Shown here: one piece after another, positions 28,529 through 37,704 of the stretch
Numbering within the stretch: the first letter of the stretch is position 1
Layout of the letters: every line of letters begins with the position of its first letter
Assembly (NCBI GenBank): GCA_965223265.1
Contig: OZ244999.1
Coordinates: forward strand, 2,080,001-2,144,000
Length of the DNA: 64,000 nt
Origin: Planctomycetota bacterium
Lineage (GTDB): Bacteria > Planctomycetota > UBA8108 > SXIK01
Direction: 5' to 3'
Translations under genes and position numbers: made by a program
The notes under the pieces: generated by a model
The model's input: the letters and a program-made list of their open reading frames with translations, nothing else
What the model was told of the DNA's origin: nothing
Database searches by the model: none

Positions 28529-29104
28529 ATGTTCGTTGCACTCGCGGCGTTGATCGTCGTCGACTGTGTGTTGATCATGATCACCGCGGCGGTTGGTCTC
28601 ACCCTCGAAGGCCGAGAGACGCTCCTACGTCACTTTCTCCTCGGGCTGTTCACCGTTTGCTTCACCTGCTTCATCCATGTGCTCGTCATGTTCTATTTGA
28701 TTGGCACCGGGAAAGACATTCGCGACGCCGTCGAGGATTCACCAGGGCTGCGGGAGAAGTTCATCCCGGTCACACGCCAGCTCAAGCGTCTTGTGTTTCC
28801 GCGCGCCTGCTTGGCGATTTTCTTGTCGATTCTGGGCGTTCTCATGGGGGGGGAGATCCACAGCCGCATCGTGAGCTATCAGCCAGCTGATGGCCTGTAC
28901 CCGATACGGGCCCTTTCAGGCTGGTGGATTCATGTCACCCTCATGGCGGCAGCGATCCTCGCGAACGTGTGGGCGTTCGTGGGCGAATGCCGTGCCGCAC
29001 GACTCAATCGAAGCGCCATTCAGGCGATCAATGCCGCGCTTGACCCTGATGCTGGAGCAGGGGGCGCCGCGGCTGCTGGCGTCGACCAAAGCGGGGTCAC
29101 GTAA
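28529..29104 (+). CDS. Hypothetical membrane protein (about 4 TM, with His in TM segments)
   Basis: Four hydrophobic helices; HFLLGL, FIHVLVMFYLIGTGK, WWIHV; GAGAGG RBS. Confidence 0.7.
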   Translation: MFVALAALIVVDCVLIMITAAVGLTLEGRETLLRHFLLGLFTVCFTCFIHVLVMFYLIGTGKDIRDAVEDSPGLREKFIPVTRQLKRLVFPRACLAIFLSILGVLMGGEIHSRIVSYQPADGLYPIRALSGWWIHVTLMAAAILANVWAFVGECRAARLNRSAIQAINAALDPDAGAGGAAAAGVDQSGVT

Positions 29105-29311
29105 CGCGGTTTGGCCCGGGGGCTGCGGCGAAAAAAATCATTGCAAAAGCGGCGGAACTCTTTACGCTCTTGCCGCTGGTGCGAACGTCTTTCTCTACGC
29201 CGCCTCGTTCCGAGTGCGGTCCGCGGGTGACGGGTGGTCCTACGGTCGCTTCATGCGCCGCGCCGGACACTCCTCCTCGTGCCGAGCCGCATTTTAAGAC
29301 GCAAAGAAACC

Positions 29312-29788
29312 ATGGGTTACGAACACGCAGCCGTCCTCGTCTTCTTCCTTTTCGGCCTCGTTTTTGTATTCGCCACGGTCGCGATCATCGGGCGCATCCT
29401 GCGACCCCGTGTTCACGATCCGGCCGAACCGGGCAAGCACGAAACCTATGAATGCGGTGAGCCGACCGTCGGATCGTCGTGGGTTCGCTTCGACATTCGT
29501 TTCTACACCGTCGCGTTGATCTTTCTGATCTTCGACGTTGAGGTCACCTTTCTCTACCCGTGGGCGCTGGTGTTTAAACCACTTCGTGAGGCGGGAAGCG
29601 GCCTTTTCGTCTTCGCGGAAGTCTTCTTGTTCCTTCTGATTCTGGGCGTCGGATTGATTTACTGTTGGCGCAAGGGTGACCTCGACTGGGTGAAAGCGAC
29701 TGACTTCACACGACGCCTCAACCAGCCGAAGCGGCGAACGGTAAGCGCCACCGGGCAACAGAGCGAAACGGCGGAGGCTGTCCGCTGA
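29312..29788 (+). CDS. nuoA: NADH-quinone oxidoreductase subunit A
   Basis: K.ETYECGE, RF.IRFY.VALIFLIFDVEV.FLYPWA, W.KG.LDW. Confidence 0.96.
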   Translation: MGYEHAAVLVFFLFGLVFVFATVAIIGRILRPRVHDPAEPGKHETYECGEPTVGSSWVRFDIRFYTVALIFLIFDVEVTFLYPWALVFKPLREAGSGLFVFAEVFLFLLILGVGLIYCWRKGDLDWVKATDFTRRLNQPKRRTVSATGQQSETAEAVR

Positions 29789-29862
29789 ACGCCGTGGCTG
29801 GAGGCTCGACTACCGTCGTGGCAGGACGACTTGAACTAGCTGGCTGCAGGAAAAACTAACGG

Positions 29863-30408
29863 ATGAGCACGCCGGAAAACCTGAATCCTGATCCGCTCAC
29901 GAAGAACAACGTGTTTGTGAGTCGAGTCGACGACCTAATCAATTGGACTCGGGCTTCGTCGGTTTGGCCGTTGACGTTTGGTCTGGCTTGCTGCGCGATC
30001 GAAATGATGGCGACTGGTGCTTCGAAGTACGACATCGATCGTTTTGGGTCCGGGCCTTTCCGGGCGACGCCGCGACAGGCAGACTGCATGATCGTCGCCG
30101 GCACCGTCACCCACAAGATGGCGCCACGCGTCAAGCGACTCTACGACCAGATGCCGGAGCCGAAGTACGTCATCGCGATGGGGGGATGCGTCATTCGAGG
30201 CGGTCCATATGTCAAATACGGCTACCACGTAGTGAAGGGCGTAGACCTTTTGGTGCCCGTCGACGTGTACGTGCCCGGATGCCCGCCCAGGCCAGAGGCC
30301 CTACTCGAAGGGTTGTTCCGTGTTCAGAAGCTCATGCGACGCGAGAAGATTGCGGATCGAACGCGCCGCACGACAAAACCAGAGGTTTACGTGCCGCAGC
30401 AAGTTTGA
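29863..30408 (+). CDS. nuoB: NADH-quinone oxidoreductase subunit B
   Basis: [48 protein letters not shown]. Confidence 0.97.
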   Translation: MSTPENLNPDPLTKNNVFVSRVDDLINWTRASSVWPLTFGLACCAIEMMATGASKYDIDRFGSGPFRATPRQADCMIVAGTVTHKMAPRVKRLYDQMPEPKYVIAMGGCVIRGGPYVKYGYHVVKGVDLLVPVDVYVPGCPPRPEALLEGLFRVQKLMRREKIADRTRRTTKPEVYVPQQV

Positions 30409-30486
30409 GAGCGACGGGACGAAGGCTAGCGCATCGTTTGCGCGGCCGTAGGCGAACAGGAAACTCAGAGGCAAGGACGACAGCGA

Positions 30487-30975
30487 ATGGGATTGGCGCG
30501 AGAAGCAATCCACGATCGGATCAAAGAGCAGTTTGGCGATGCCGTGGTCGATGACCAGCGCGACGTCCCGGACCCGTTTGTCGTCGTTGCAGCGGAGCGG
30601 CTAAAGGAGGTTGCCCTTTTCTGTCGCGATGACGCCGAATTGTCGTTTGATCTCCTCAATCTCGTCTCCGGGGTCGATTACCCGGACCGCGACACGATTG
30701 AGGTCGTCTACGCGCTCGACTCCACCGCGCAGAAGCATCGGCTGATACTCAAAGTGGCATTGCCTCGGGCGAAACCCGAGGTGGCAACTGTCGAGGACGT
30801 GTGGCGTACCGCCGACTGGCAAGAGAGGGAAACGTTCGACCTCATGGGCGTGAACTTCGTTGGGCACCACAATCTCGTTCGTATCCTATGTGCCGAAGAT
30901 TGGGAGGGGCACCCGCTGCGAAAGGACTACGTGATTCCTGACACCTACCGCGGCATCAAGAACGTTGTTTACTGA
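30487..30975 (+). CDS. nuoC: NADH-quinone oxidoreductase subunit C
   Basis: GVDY, ADWQERE.FDLMGV.F.GH.NL.RIL..EDWEGHPLRKDY. Confidence 0.96.
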   Translation: MGLAREAIHDRIKEQFGDAVVDDQRDVPDPFVVVAAERLKEVALFCRDDAELSFDLLNLVSGVDYPDRDTIEVVYALDSTAQKHRLILKVALPRAKPEVATVEDVWRTADWQERETFDLMGVNFVGHHNLVRILCAEDWEGHPLRKDYVIPDTYRGIKNVVY

Positions 30976-31104
30976 ACGGGGTGTTCGTGGCGGTGCGCGG
31001 GTGGGGATACAAGGACTGGTTGGGCGACTGACAGAACGTACGACGCGACGTTTCTGAAGCATCGAAAAGATCGACGAGATCGACAGGAGGTTCGGTAGCT
31101 CGCT

Positions 31105-32265
31105 ATGGAAAGTTCGGTTGCGAACTCGGTGATTCGCGACATCCGCACGGAAGAGATGCTCCTCAACATGGGGCCCCAACACCCGAGCACGCATGGCGTG
31201 TTTCGCGTGGTGATCCGTACGGACGGAGAGATGATTCTGGAATCCGAATCGCACGTTGGCTACTTGCACCGCTGCTTCGAGAAGTGCGCCGAAGGAAACA
31301 ACTACCTGCAGGTCGTCCCCTACACCGATCGAATGGACTACCTCTGCGCGATGGCAAATAACCTCGGTTACGCGGAGGCGGTTGAGAAGCTGCTGCCGAA
31401 GACCGAAGTGCCTGAGCGAGCGCAGTACATTCGAGTCATGGTGACGGAGCTCAATCGTATCGCCAGTCACTTGATTGCCTTCGGCACCTACGGTCTCGAT
31501 CTTGGCGCGATCACCCCGTTCCTGTATGCCTGGCGTGATCGCGAGAAGATTCTGAAGATTTTCGAGAAGCTTTGCGGCCAGCGTCTCAACTACAGCTACA
31601 TCCGCGTCGGCGGTGTCACGTTCGACATGACTGACGAGATCCTCGAGGATATCCAGTCATTCGTAGACTACTTTGATCCGGCGATCATCGACGAATACGA
31701 CGCGCTGCTGTCGTACAACGGCATCTTCATTTCGCGGACGGCCAACGTCGGAGTGTTGCCGCTCGACTTGGCAATCAGCCACGGCATAACGGGTCCGTCG
31801 CTTCGTGGCTCCGGGTTGGCGCGCGATCTGCGCCGTGACGAGCCGTATTCGATCTACGACCGCTTCGACTTCGACATTCCTGTCGGTAGTGGCGAAATGG
31901 GAACGCTCGGGGACTGCTGGGACCGCTACATCGTGAGAATCCGCGAGATGCGGGAGAGCTGTAAGATTATCCGTCAAGCCGTCGCCGGAATTCCAGAGGG
32001 GCCGTTCTGCGACAAGAAGGCATTTCGTGGCGTGAAGCCCACGAAGGGAGAAGTCTACCACAAAGTCGAAGGCGCGCGCGGAGAGGTCGGCTTTCACTTG
32101 GTGAGCGACGGCTCGACGCAGCCCTATCGTCTGAAAGCGCGTGCACCGTCGTTCTGTAACATCAGCGTTCTCGACACCCTGACTGCGCGCGGCGACTGCA
32201 TGCTCGCGGACGTCGTCGCTCTGATCGGCAGCTTGGATATCGTCATGGGGGAGGTTGACCGTTGA
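31105..32265 (+). CDS. nuoD: NADH-quinone oxidoreductase subunit D
   Basis: LNMGPQHPSTHGV, GYLHR..EK, DRMDY, ELNRIASH, GD.WDRY..R..EMRES, E..RGE, GSLD.VMGEVDR. Confidence 0.97.
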   Translation: MESSVANSVIRDIRTEEMLLNMGPQHPSTHGVFRVVIRTDGEMILESESHVGYLHRCFEKCAEGNNYLQVVPYTDRMDYLCAMANNLGYAEAVEKLLPKTEVPERAQYIRVMVTELNRIASHLIAFGTYGLDLGAITPFLYAWRDREKILKIFEKLCGQRLNYSYIRVGGVTFDMTDEILEDIQSFVDYFDPAIIDEYDALLSYNGIFISRTANVGVLPLDLAISHGITGPSLRGSGLARDLRRDEPYSIYDRFDFDIPVGSGEMGTLGDCWDRYIVRIREMRESCKIIRQAVAGIPEGPFCDKKAFRGVKPTKGEVYHKVEGARGEVGFHLVSDGSTQPYRLKARAPSFCNISVLDTLTARGDCMLADVVALIGSLDIVMGEVDR

Positions 32266-33512
32266 ATTCGTTCTGGGCTTCAAAGATTGCGGTGACTCTT
32301 CTCGGCCAGGCAGCTGCAGACGCGCCGCGTTCGGTCGAACAGCTCAATGCCGCCCGCGGCACGCGAGAGCACGGAGCGCACTATCTGGAGTCGCTCGCAG
32401 AGAACGTCACCGGTGAGAACTTTTCTACGTACGTCGGGCTCGAGGGTGTTGTTGTTGGACTGACGATGCTCGTCGTCTGCTTGATGGTCTTCGGGTTCAT
32501 CAACGTCTTTGCGCTTTTTGCAGTTTGGCTTGAACGTAAGGTCTCCGCGCACATGCAGTGTCGATTGGGGCCAATGGAGGTTGGCCCACACGGTGCGCTG
32601 CAGACACTTGCCGACGGGCTCAAGCTCATCGCGAAAGAAGACATCGTGCCGCGGTTAGCCAACCGGACGCTTTTCGCGCTGGCGCCGATGGTCGTTTTCG
32701 CCGGTGTCCTGATCCGTTTTGTGCCGTTGCCGTTCGGTGAGCATCTGATCCCCAGCGACATGCACCTCGGCCTTTTCTTCATCGCCGCGGTCGGATCGAC
32801 CGAAGTTCTTGGCGTGATCATGGCGGGGTGGTCTTCGAACAACAAATGGTCAATGTTTGCGACCATCCGCACGGCGACGCAGATGGTCAGCTACGAGATT
32901 CCGATCGGACTGGCGTTCGTCACAGTGGTGGTGCTCGCCGGGACCTTCTCGCTCAACGACATCGTCATGCAACAAGAGGGCTGGTTTTTCAGCTGGTTTC
33001 TCTTCCGGAATCCTTTCATGCCGCTCCTTCTGCTTGTTTACGTCATTGCCAGTCTGGCGGAGTGTAAGCGAGCACCTTTCGATCTTCCGGAAGCGGAATC
33101 GGAGCTCGTGTCCGGATTCCACACCGAGTATAGCGGCATGCGATTCGGCCTCTTCTTCATGGCCGAGTACGGAGCGATGTATCTCGTCGCCGCCGTCGCC
33201 GCCGTTCTCTATCTCGGTGGCTGGTGGAGCGGGATTCCGATGATCGACAACATCGGACGCGGTCCGGACGACTCTGCGCTTCTCGTTGCACTCGGAATAG
33301 GAATCAAAGCCGGAGTGCTGATTTCGAAGGCGGTGGTTCTAGTGTTTGTGCAGATGTGGGTGCGGTGGACGCTGCCGCGGATTCGTCTCGACCAAATGAT
33401 GTATATCTGTTGGAAGGTCCTCTTGCCCATTAGCCTCGTGTCGCTTGTCGGCGCCACGCTTTGGGAGTTGGCCTCCGGAGGGGCTTCCTTCTTCGGGTTT
33501 GGGCCAGCCTGA
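32262..33512 (+). CDS. nuoH: NADH-quinone oxidoreductase subunit H
   Basis: ERKVSA.MQ.R.GP..VGP.G.LQ.LADGLKL, SNNKW, QMVSYE, R.PFDLPEAESELV.GFHTEYSG.RF, R.TLPR.RLDQ. Directly follows nuoD with no nuoEFG in between. Confidence 0.96.
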   Translation: MNSFWASKIAVTLLGQAAADAPRSVEQLNAARGTREHGAHYLESLAENVTGENFSTYVGLEGVVVGLTMLVVCLMVFGFINVFALFAVWLERKVSAHMQCRLGPMEVGPHGALQTLADGLKLIAKEDIVPRLANRTLFALAPMVVFAGVLIRFVPLPFGEHLIPSDMHLGLFFIAAVGSTEVLGVIMAGWSSNNKWSMFATIRTATQMVSYEIPIGLAFVTVVVLAGTFSLNDIVMQQEGWFFSWFLFRNPFMPLLLLVYVIASLAECKRAPFDLPEAESELVSGFHTEYSGMRFGLFFMAEYGAMYLVAAVAAVLYLGGWWSGIPMIDNIGRGPDDSALLVALGIGIKAGVLISKAVVLVFVQMWVRWTLPRIRLDQMMYICWKVLLPISLVSLVGATLWELASGGASFFGFGPA

Positions 33513-33577
33513 TCGCAGGCCTTGGCAGACGCGATTTGATTCTCCGTAATTTCGATTAGGACGCTTAGGGCTTAGAC

Positions 33578-34162
33578 ATGTCAGTCGGTCGCTACTTCTC
33601 GGACATCTTCAAAGTGAGCAAGTCGATTTGCATCGGCATGGGGATAACGCTGAAGTACTTCCTTAACTACAAGAAGCACACATGTACGGTGCAGTATCCA
33701 CGTGAGCGTGAATTGATTCCGCCGCGGCATCGAGGGCTCCACTATCTGGAGACCGAAAAGTGCGTCATGTGTTGGAAGTGCTCCGATATCTGCCCCGTCG
33801 ACTGCATCTACATCGAGGGGACTCGTGGCTCCGACGGCGTCCTCGAAGGTGGCTATCGCGGCCAGAAGGCGACGCTGGCGAAGTTTACGGTCGACTACAC
33901 CGTATGCATTTTTTGCGGGCTATGCGAGGAGCCGTGTCCACCGAAGTGCATTTATCTTGGGCCGGACTTCGACTTTCACGCGACCGACCGCACCATGATG
34001 GAAAAGAATCTTCTCACCGATGAGGTGTACACCGAAGAGGACGAGAAGTTCGTGCAGTGGGCGCGAGGAGAGAACGAGCGATTGATGGCCGACAAGAAGC
34101 GGCGTGCTGCTGAGGAGAAGGCCAAGGCGGCGGCCAACAAGCCTACTGACAAGAAGAAGTGA
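33578..34162 (+). CDS. nuoI: NADH-quinone oxidoreductase subunit I
   Basis: TVQYP, R.RG.H, two 4Fe-4S motifs CVMCWKCSDICP and CIFCGLCEEPCP. Confidence 0.96.
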   Translation: MSVGRYFSDIFKVSKSICIGMGITLKYFLNYKKHTCTVQYPRERELIPPRHRGLHYLETEKCVMCWKCSDICPVDCIYIEGTRGSDGVLEGGYRGQKATLAKFTVDYTVCIFCGLCEEPCPPKCIYLGPDFDFHATDRTMMEKNLLTDEVYTEEDEKFVQWARGENERLMADKKRRAAEEKAKAAANKPTDKKK

Positions 34163-34465
34163 GGCGTGGATTCGGTGCGGTAGTGGTTGATTCCGCAGAG
34201 CCGGTGCGGGCGATTGGTGCTCGCGATCACGGCCGCGAAGCTCTTCGATTCGAACCAACAGAGATAGGGTTGTCAGACTGAGTGAAATGTTGTAGGACTC
34301 TGCTTTTCTCGCCGCGGCTGGTCCGTCGTGCGGATCGAGAGAGGGCACGTTTGCGGCCCGAAGATGAAGAACGTTCCACTGATATTCACGTCTGACTGTA
34401 GTGTGAAAAAGCCTCCGAAAACTAGACGGAAGAAGTCGCGGTAGCTCAAAAAGGGAAACGGCCAA

Positions 34466-35041
34466 ATGGAGTGGTTCAGCAACCTCATGTTCTGGGTGTT
34501 CGCCGTCGCGGCGATACTCCCGGCGTTCTTCGTGCTCGTCTCGCGCGAGATCGTCCACATGGCGTTTTGGTTGCTTCTCAGCCTGGCGGGCTTCGCCGGA
34601 CTTTACTTGCAGATCGGCGCCGGCTTTCTTGGATTCACTCAGGTCGTCGTCTACATCGGCGGCATCTTGATCTTGCTGCTCTTCGGTATCATGTTGACAC
34701 AGAAGTTAGACGTGCCGCTCCGCGAACGTCAGAGTTGGACATTTGTGTTGCCGGGGGTGTTTGCTGGTTTTCTGGTGATCGTCGGGCTTGTTGCCATCGC
34801 CGTAGCAACACCGTGGAGCGTCGTGGAGACGACGGCAAGCGAGTACGCGGCTCCAGACATTGGCGCGGCCTTCATGAGTACGTACGTGCTGCCGTTCGAG
34901 GCGGTTTCTGTCTTGCTGCTCGTCGCCATGGTCGGCGCGAGCTATTTGATTCGGAGGGACGAGAAGGTTCCCGACGAATCGGAAGACAGCGCGGGCGAGG
35001 TCACTAGCAATGAATCTTCCTCGCAAGGGGGCGCGCCATGA
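34466..35041 (+). CDS. nuoJ: NADH-quinone oxidoreductase subunit J
   Basis: QVVVYIGGI.ILLLF.IML, Y.LPFE.VS.LLLVAMVGA. Confidence 0.95.
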   Translation: MEWFSNLMFWVFAVAAILPAFFVLVSREIVHMAFWLLLSLAGFAGLYLQIGAGFLGFTQVVVYIGGILILLLFGIMLTQKLDVPLRERQSWTFVLPGVFAGFLVIVGLVAIAVATPWSVVETTASEYAAPDIGAAFMSTYVLPFEAVSVLLLVAMVGASYLIRRDEKVPDESEDSAGEVTSNESSSQGGAP

Positions 35042-35454
35042 GTTTCTTTCAGCTTGGAGTTGTACGACTGAGCGAACTGATCTTGCCGTTGGCGCAGGCG
35101 GGTGAAGCACAGGCGAGCGAAGCGCAGATCGCCGCGGCGAGCGGAGAGATCGGTTTGACGCACTATCTCGTTGTCAGTGCACTCAGTTTTGGCTTCGGAC
35201 TCATGGTCATTATCACGCGACGTAACACGATCGCAGTGCTCATGGGGATCGAGCTTATGCTCAACGCGGCTGGACTCAACTTCGTGGCTTTTTCAAAGTT
35301 CACGCACGCCAGTCCGGTGGACGGCCAAGTCGTGACTCTGTTTTTGATCGTGATCGCTGCCGCCGAAGCCGCGGTGGCTCTCGCGATCGCACTCAACTTG
35401 TTCAATAACCTCAACACGGTCGAAGTGACGGACGCGCGCTCCTTGAAGGGGTAG
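35038..35454 (+). CDS. nuoK: NADH-quinone oxidoreductase subunit K
   Basis: RRN.I..LM.IELMLNA..LNFV.F, GQV..LF...IAAAEAAV.LAI; N-terminal extension. Confidence 0.95.
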   Translation: MSFFQLGVVRLSELILPLAQAGEAQASEAQIAAASGEIGLTHYLVVSALSFGFGLMVIITRRNTIAVLMGIELMLNAAGLNFVAFSKFTHASPVDGQVVTLFLIVIAAAEAAVALAIALNLFNNLNTVEVTDARSLKG

Positions 35455-35506
35455 GTGCGTACGGCACCGGTGTGGCCGGACGGACTGAGACGAAAGCGAA
35501 TCGGGA

Positions 35507-37645
35507 ATGCCTCAGAGCACTGAGCAGGTCGACCTTTGTCGGTGGGCGCTGGCGATCTTTGTTTTGCCCCTCGCCGGTTTCGTTGTTCAGGCCTTCTTTG
35601 GCAAGAAGCTACCGCGGCAGGGTGACTGGGTGCCGACCCTATGTATCTTCGCCGGCCTCGTCATCTGCTGCGTGTTCATGTTGCCACCGTTTTTCGCTTC
35701 GGAACACGGCATTGAAGCGCAGCGCTGGTATCCGCAGCTCGGTCTCAATTGGCTAAATGTCGGCGGCGGCGACATGGGCACTGGTGGCTTCACCCTTCAC
35801 TTTGGCGTTTTCGTCGACAATTTGACGGTCGTGATGCTGTTCGTTGTCACGCTGGTCAGCTTCCTCGTGCACCTCTATTCCTGGGGATATATGCACGGCG
35901 AGGAACGCTACAACCGCTTCTTCGCTTACTTGGCGCTGTTTTCGTTCGCCATGCTCGGCCTCTGCATCTCCAGCAACCTGCTGTTCCTTTTCATCTTTTG
36001 GGAGCTGGTTGGACTGTGTTCGTACTTCTTGATTGGTTTCTACTTCGAGAAGAAGTCCGCGCAGCATGCATCGATCAAAGCGTTCATGACAACGCGCATC
36101 GGCGACCTCGGGTTTTTCATCGCCATACTCATCATTGCAGCCCAGGTTCGGTCGCTTGAATTCCATGACATCTTCGAAAGCCTGCGCGACGGGACGACGT
36201 GGGTCGGCGCGGCAGCAGCGCTGTTGACCTTCTCAGGGATCGCGCTCTTTTTCGGCCCGATTGGCAAGTCGGCGCAGTTTCCTCTGCACGTCTGGTTGCC
36301 CGACGCCATGGAGGGACCGACACCGGTCTCGGCTCTCATTCACGCCGCCACCATGGTCGCGGCCGGAGTTTATCTCGTGGGCCGCATGTTTCCGTTTCTC
36401 GCTGGGCCGGAGTATTTCCAGGGGAATTTCTTCGAGAGCGACGCACTTTACTTCGTCGCCCTCATCGGTGGCTTCACCGCGTTCTTCGCTGCGACGATCG
36501 CCTTCGCGCAGAACGACATCAAGAAGGTGCTTGCCTACTCCACGATTTCTCAGCTGGGCTACATGATGTTGGGCCTCGGTGTCGGGAGTGTTTACGCTGG
36601 ACTGTTTCACCTGACGACCCACGCGTTCTTCAAGGCGCTACTCTTCCTCGGTTCGGGAAGCGTGATTCACGCCGTTCACTCCAACGAGATGAGCGACATG
36701 GGCGGGCTTTCGAAGAAGATGCGCATCACGTGGATCACTTTCATGATCGGCACGCTGGCGATTGCGGGGTTGCCGCTGCTGTCAGGGTTCTATTCGAAGG
36801 ATGCGATCTTGGCGCAGGCGTACGCGTTTGGGGAGCACCGCGGCTCGACGCTAGCGTGGCTACCCTACATCCTCGGCGTCGTCACGGCTGGGATGACGTG
36901 CTTCTACATGTTCCGGATGTTCTTTAAGACGTTCCATGGGCCGCCACAAAACGAGAAGGCGTATTCCCACGCGCACGAGTCACCGTGGACGATGACGGTA
37001 CCGTTGATCGTTCTCGCGGTCCTGTCTGTGATTGCCGGTGGCGTCATGGGAACAGGGACCGATCATTGGTTTGAGCACCGCGTGAGTTCCGGTGTCCTGT
37101 ATGCTCATGCCGAGGGAGAGATCTTTCAGCACGTCGATCATGTCGTGCACGAGGCCCACGGCAGCGTCATGATGACGGCGACGCTCATGTTCGTTTTGGG
37201 GCTTGCCGTCTCGGCGCTTTTCTTCTCCCCCATGGGGCCACTGCGAGGCAAGGACGTCGTCGGCAGCGGCCCGCTCGCGCCTCTGAATGCCTGCCTCAGA
37301 AACCTCTGGTTCATCGATGCTTTCTACACGTGGCTCGTTTTGCGGGTGCTGCACGTGTTTAGCTTTGCGAGTGGCTTCATCGACAAGTACTTCGTCGATG
37401 GATTTGTGAACTTCTGGGGTGGCCTATGCCGCTATGTCAGCAGTGTGGTCGGCACGCTCGATTACCACGGCGTGGATGGATCCGTGCGTGGCATTGGCGA
37501 GACGACGCTGTGGGGCGGTCGGCGCGCCAGACGACTGCAGACCGGTTTCTTGCAGCAGTATGTGTATGCGTCGGTCTTTCTCTTTGCCGGCGTCGTGTTG
37601 ATCGCGTTCCTGGTGTATGTCTTCTGGCATCCCGGTTTGAATTGA
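35507..37645 (+). CDS. nuoL: NADH-quinone oxidoreductase subunit L
   Basis: WELVGLCSY.LIGF, KAF..TRIGD, GKSAQFPLHVWLPDAMEGPTPVSALIHAATMV, DIKKVLAYSTISQLG, HAFFKALLFL; C-terminal lateral helix ending LQTG..Q.Y. Confidence 0.97.
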   Translation: MPQSTEQVDLCRWALAIFVLPLAGFVVQAFFGKKLPRQGDWVPTLCIFAGLVICCVFMLPPFFASEHGIEAQRWYPQLGLNWLNVGGGDMGTGGFTLHFGVFVDNLTVVMLFVVTLVSFLVHLYSWGYMHGEERYNRFFAYLALFSFAMLGLCISSNLLFLFIFWELVGLCSYFLIGFYFEKKSAQHASIKAFMTTRIGDLGFFIAILIIAAQVRSLEFHDIFESLRDGTTWVGAAAALLTFSGIALFFGPIGKSAQFPLHVWLPDAMEGPTPVSALIHAATMVAAGVYLVGRMFPFLAGPEYFQGNFFESDALYFVALIGGFTAFFAATIAFAQNDIKKVLAYSTISQLGYMMLGLGVGSVYAGLFHLTTHAFFKALLFLGSGSVIHAVHSNEMSDMGGLSKKMRITWITFMIGTLAIAGLPLLSGFYSKDAILAQAYAFGEHRGSTLAWLPYILGVVTAGMTCFYMFRMFFKTFHGPPQNEKAYSHAHESPWTMTVPLIVLAVLSVIAGGVMGTGTDHWFEHRVSSGVLYAHAEGEIFQHVDHVVHEAHGSVMMTATLMFVLGLAVSALFFSPMGPLRGKDVVGSGPLAPLNACLRNLWFIDAFYTWLVLRVLHVFSFASGFIDKYFVDGFVNFWGGLCRYVSSVVGTLDYHGVDGSVRGIGETTLWGGRRARRLQTGFLQQYVYASVFLFAGVVLIAFLVYVFWHPGLN

Positions 37646-37704
37646 ATTAGCTCAAGCTCGGGACGCTCCCGTGCGCGAGATCTGCTGAGGATTGAGTTGA
37701 GCTC

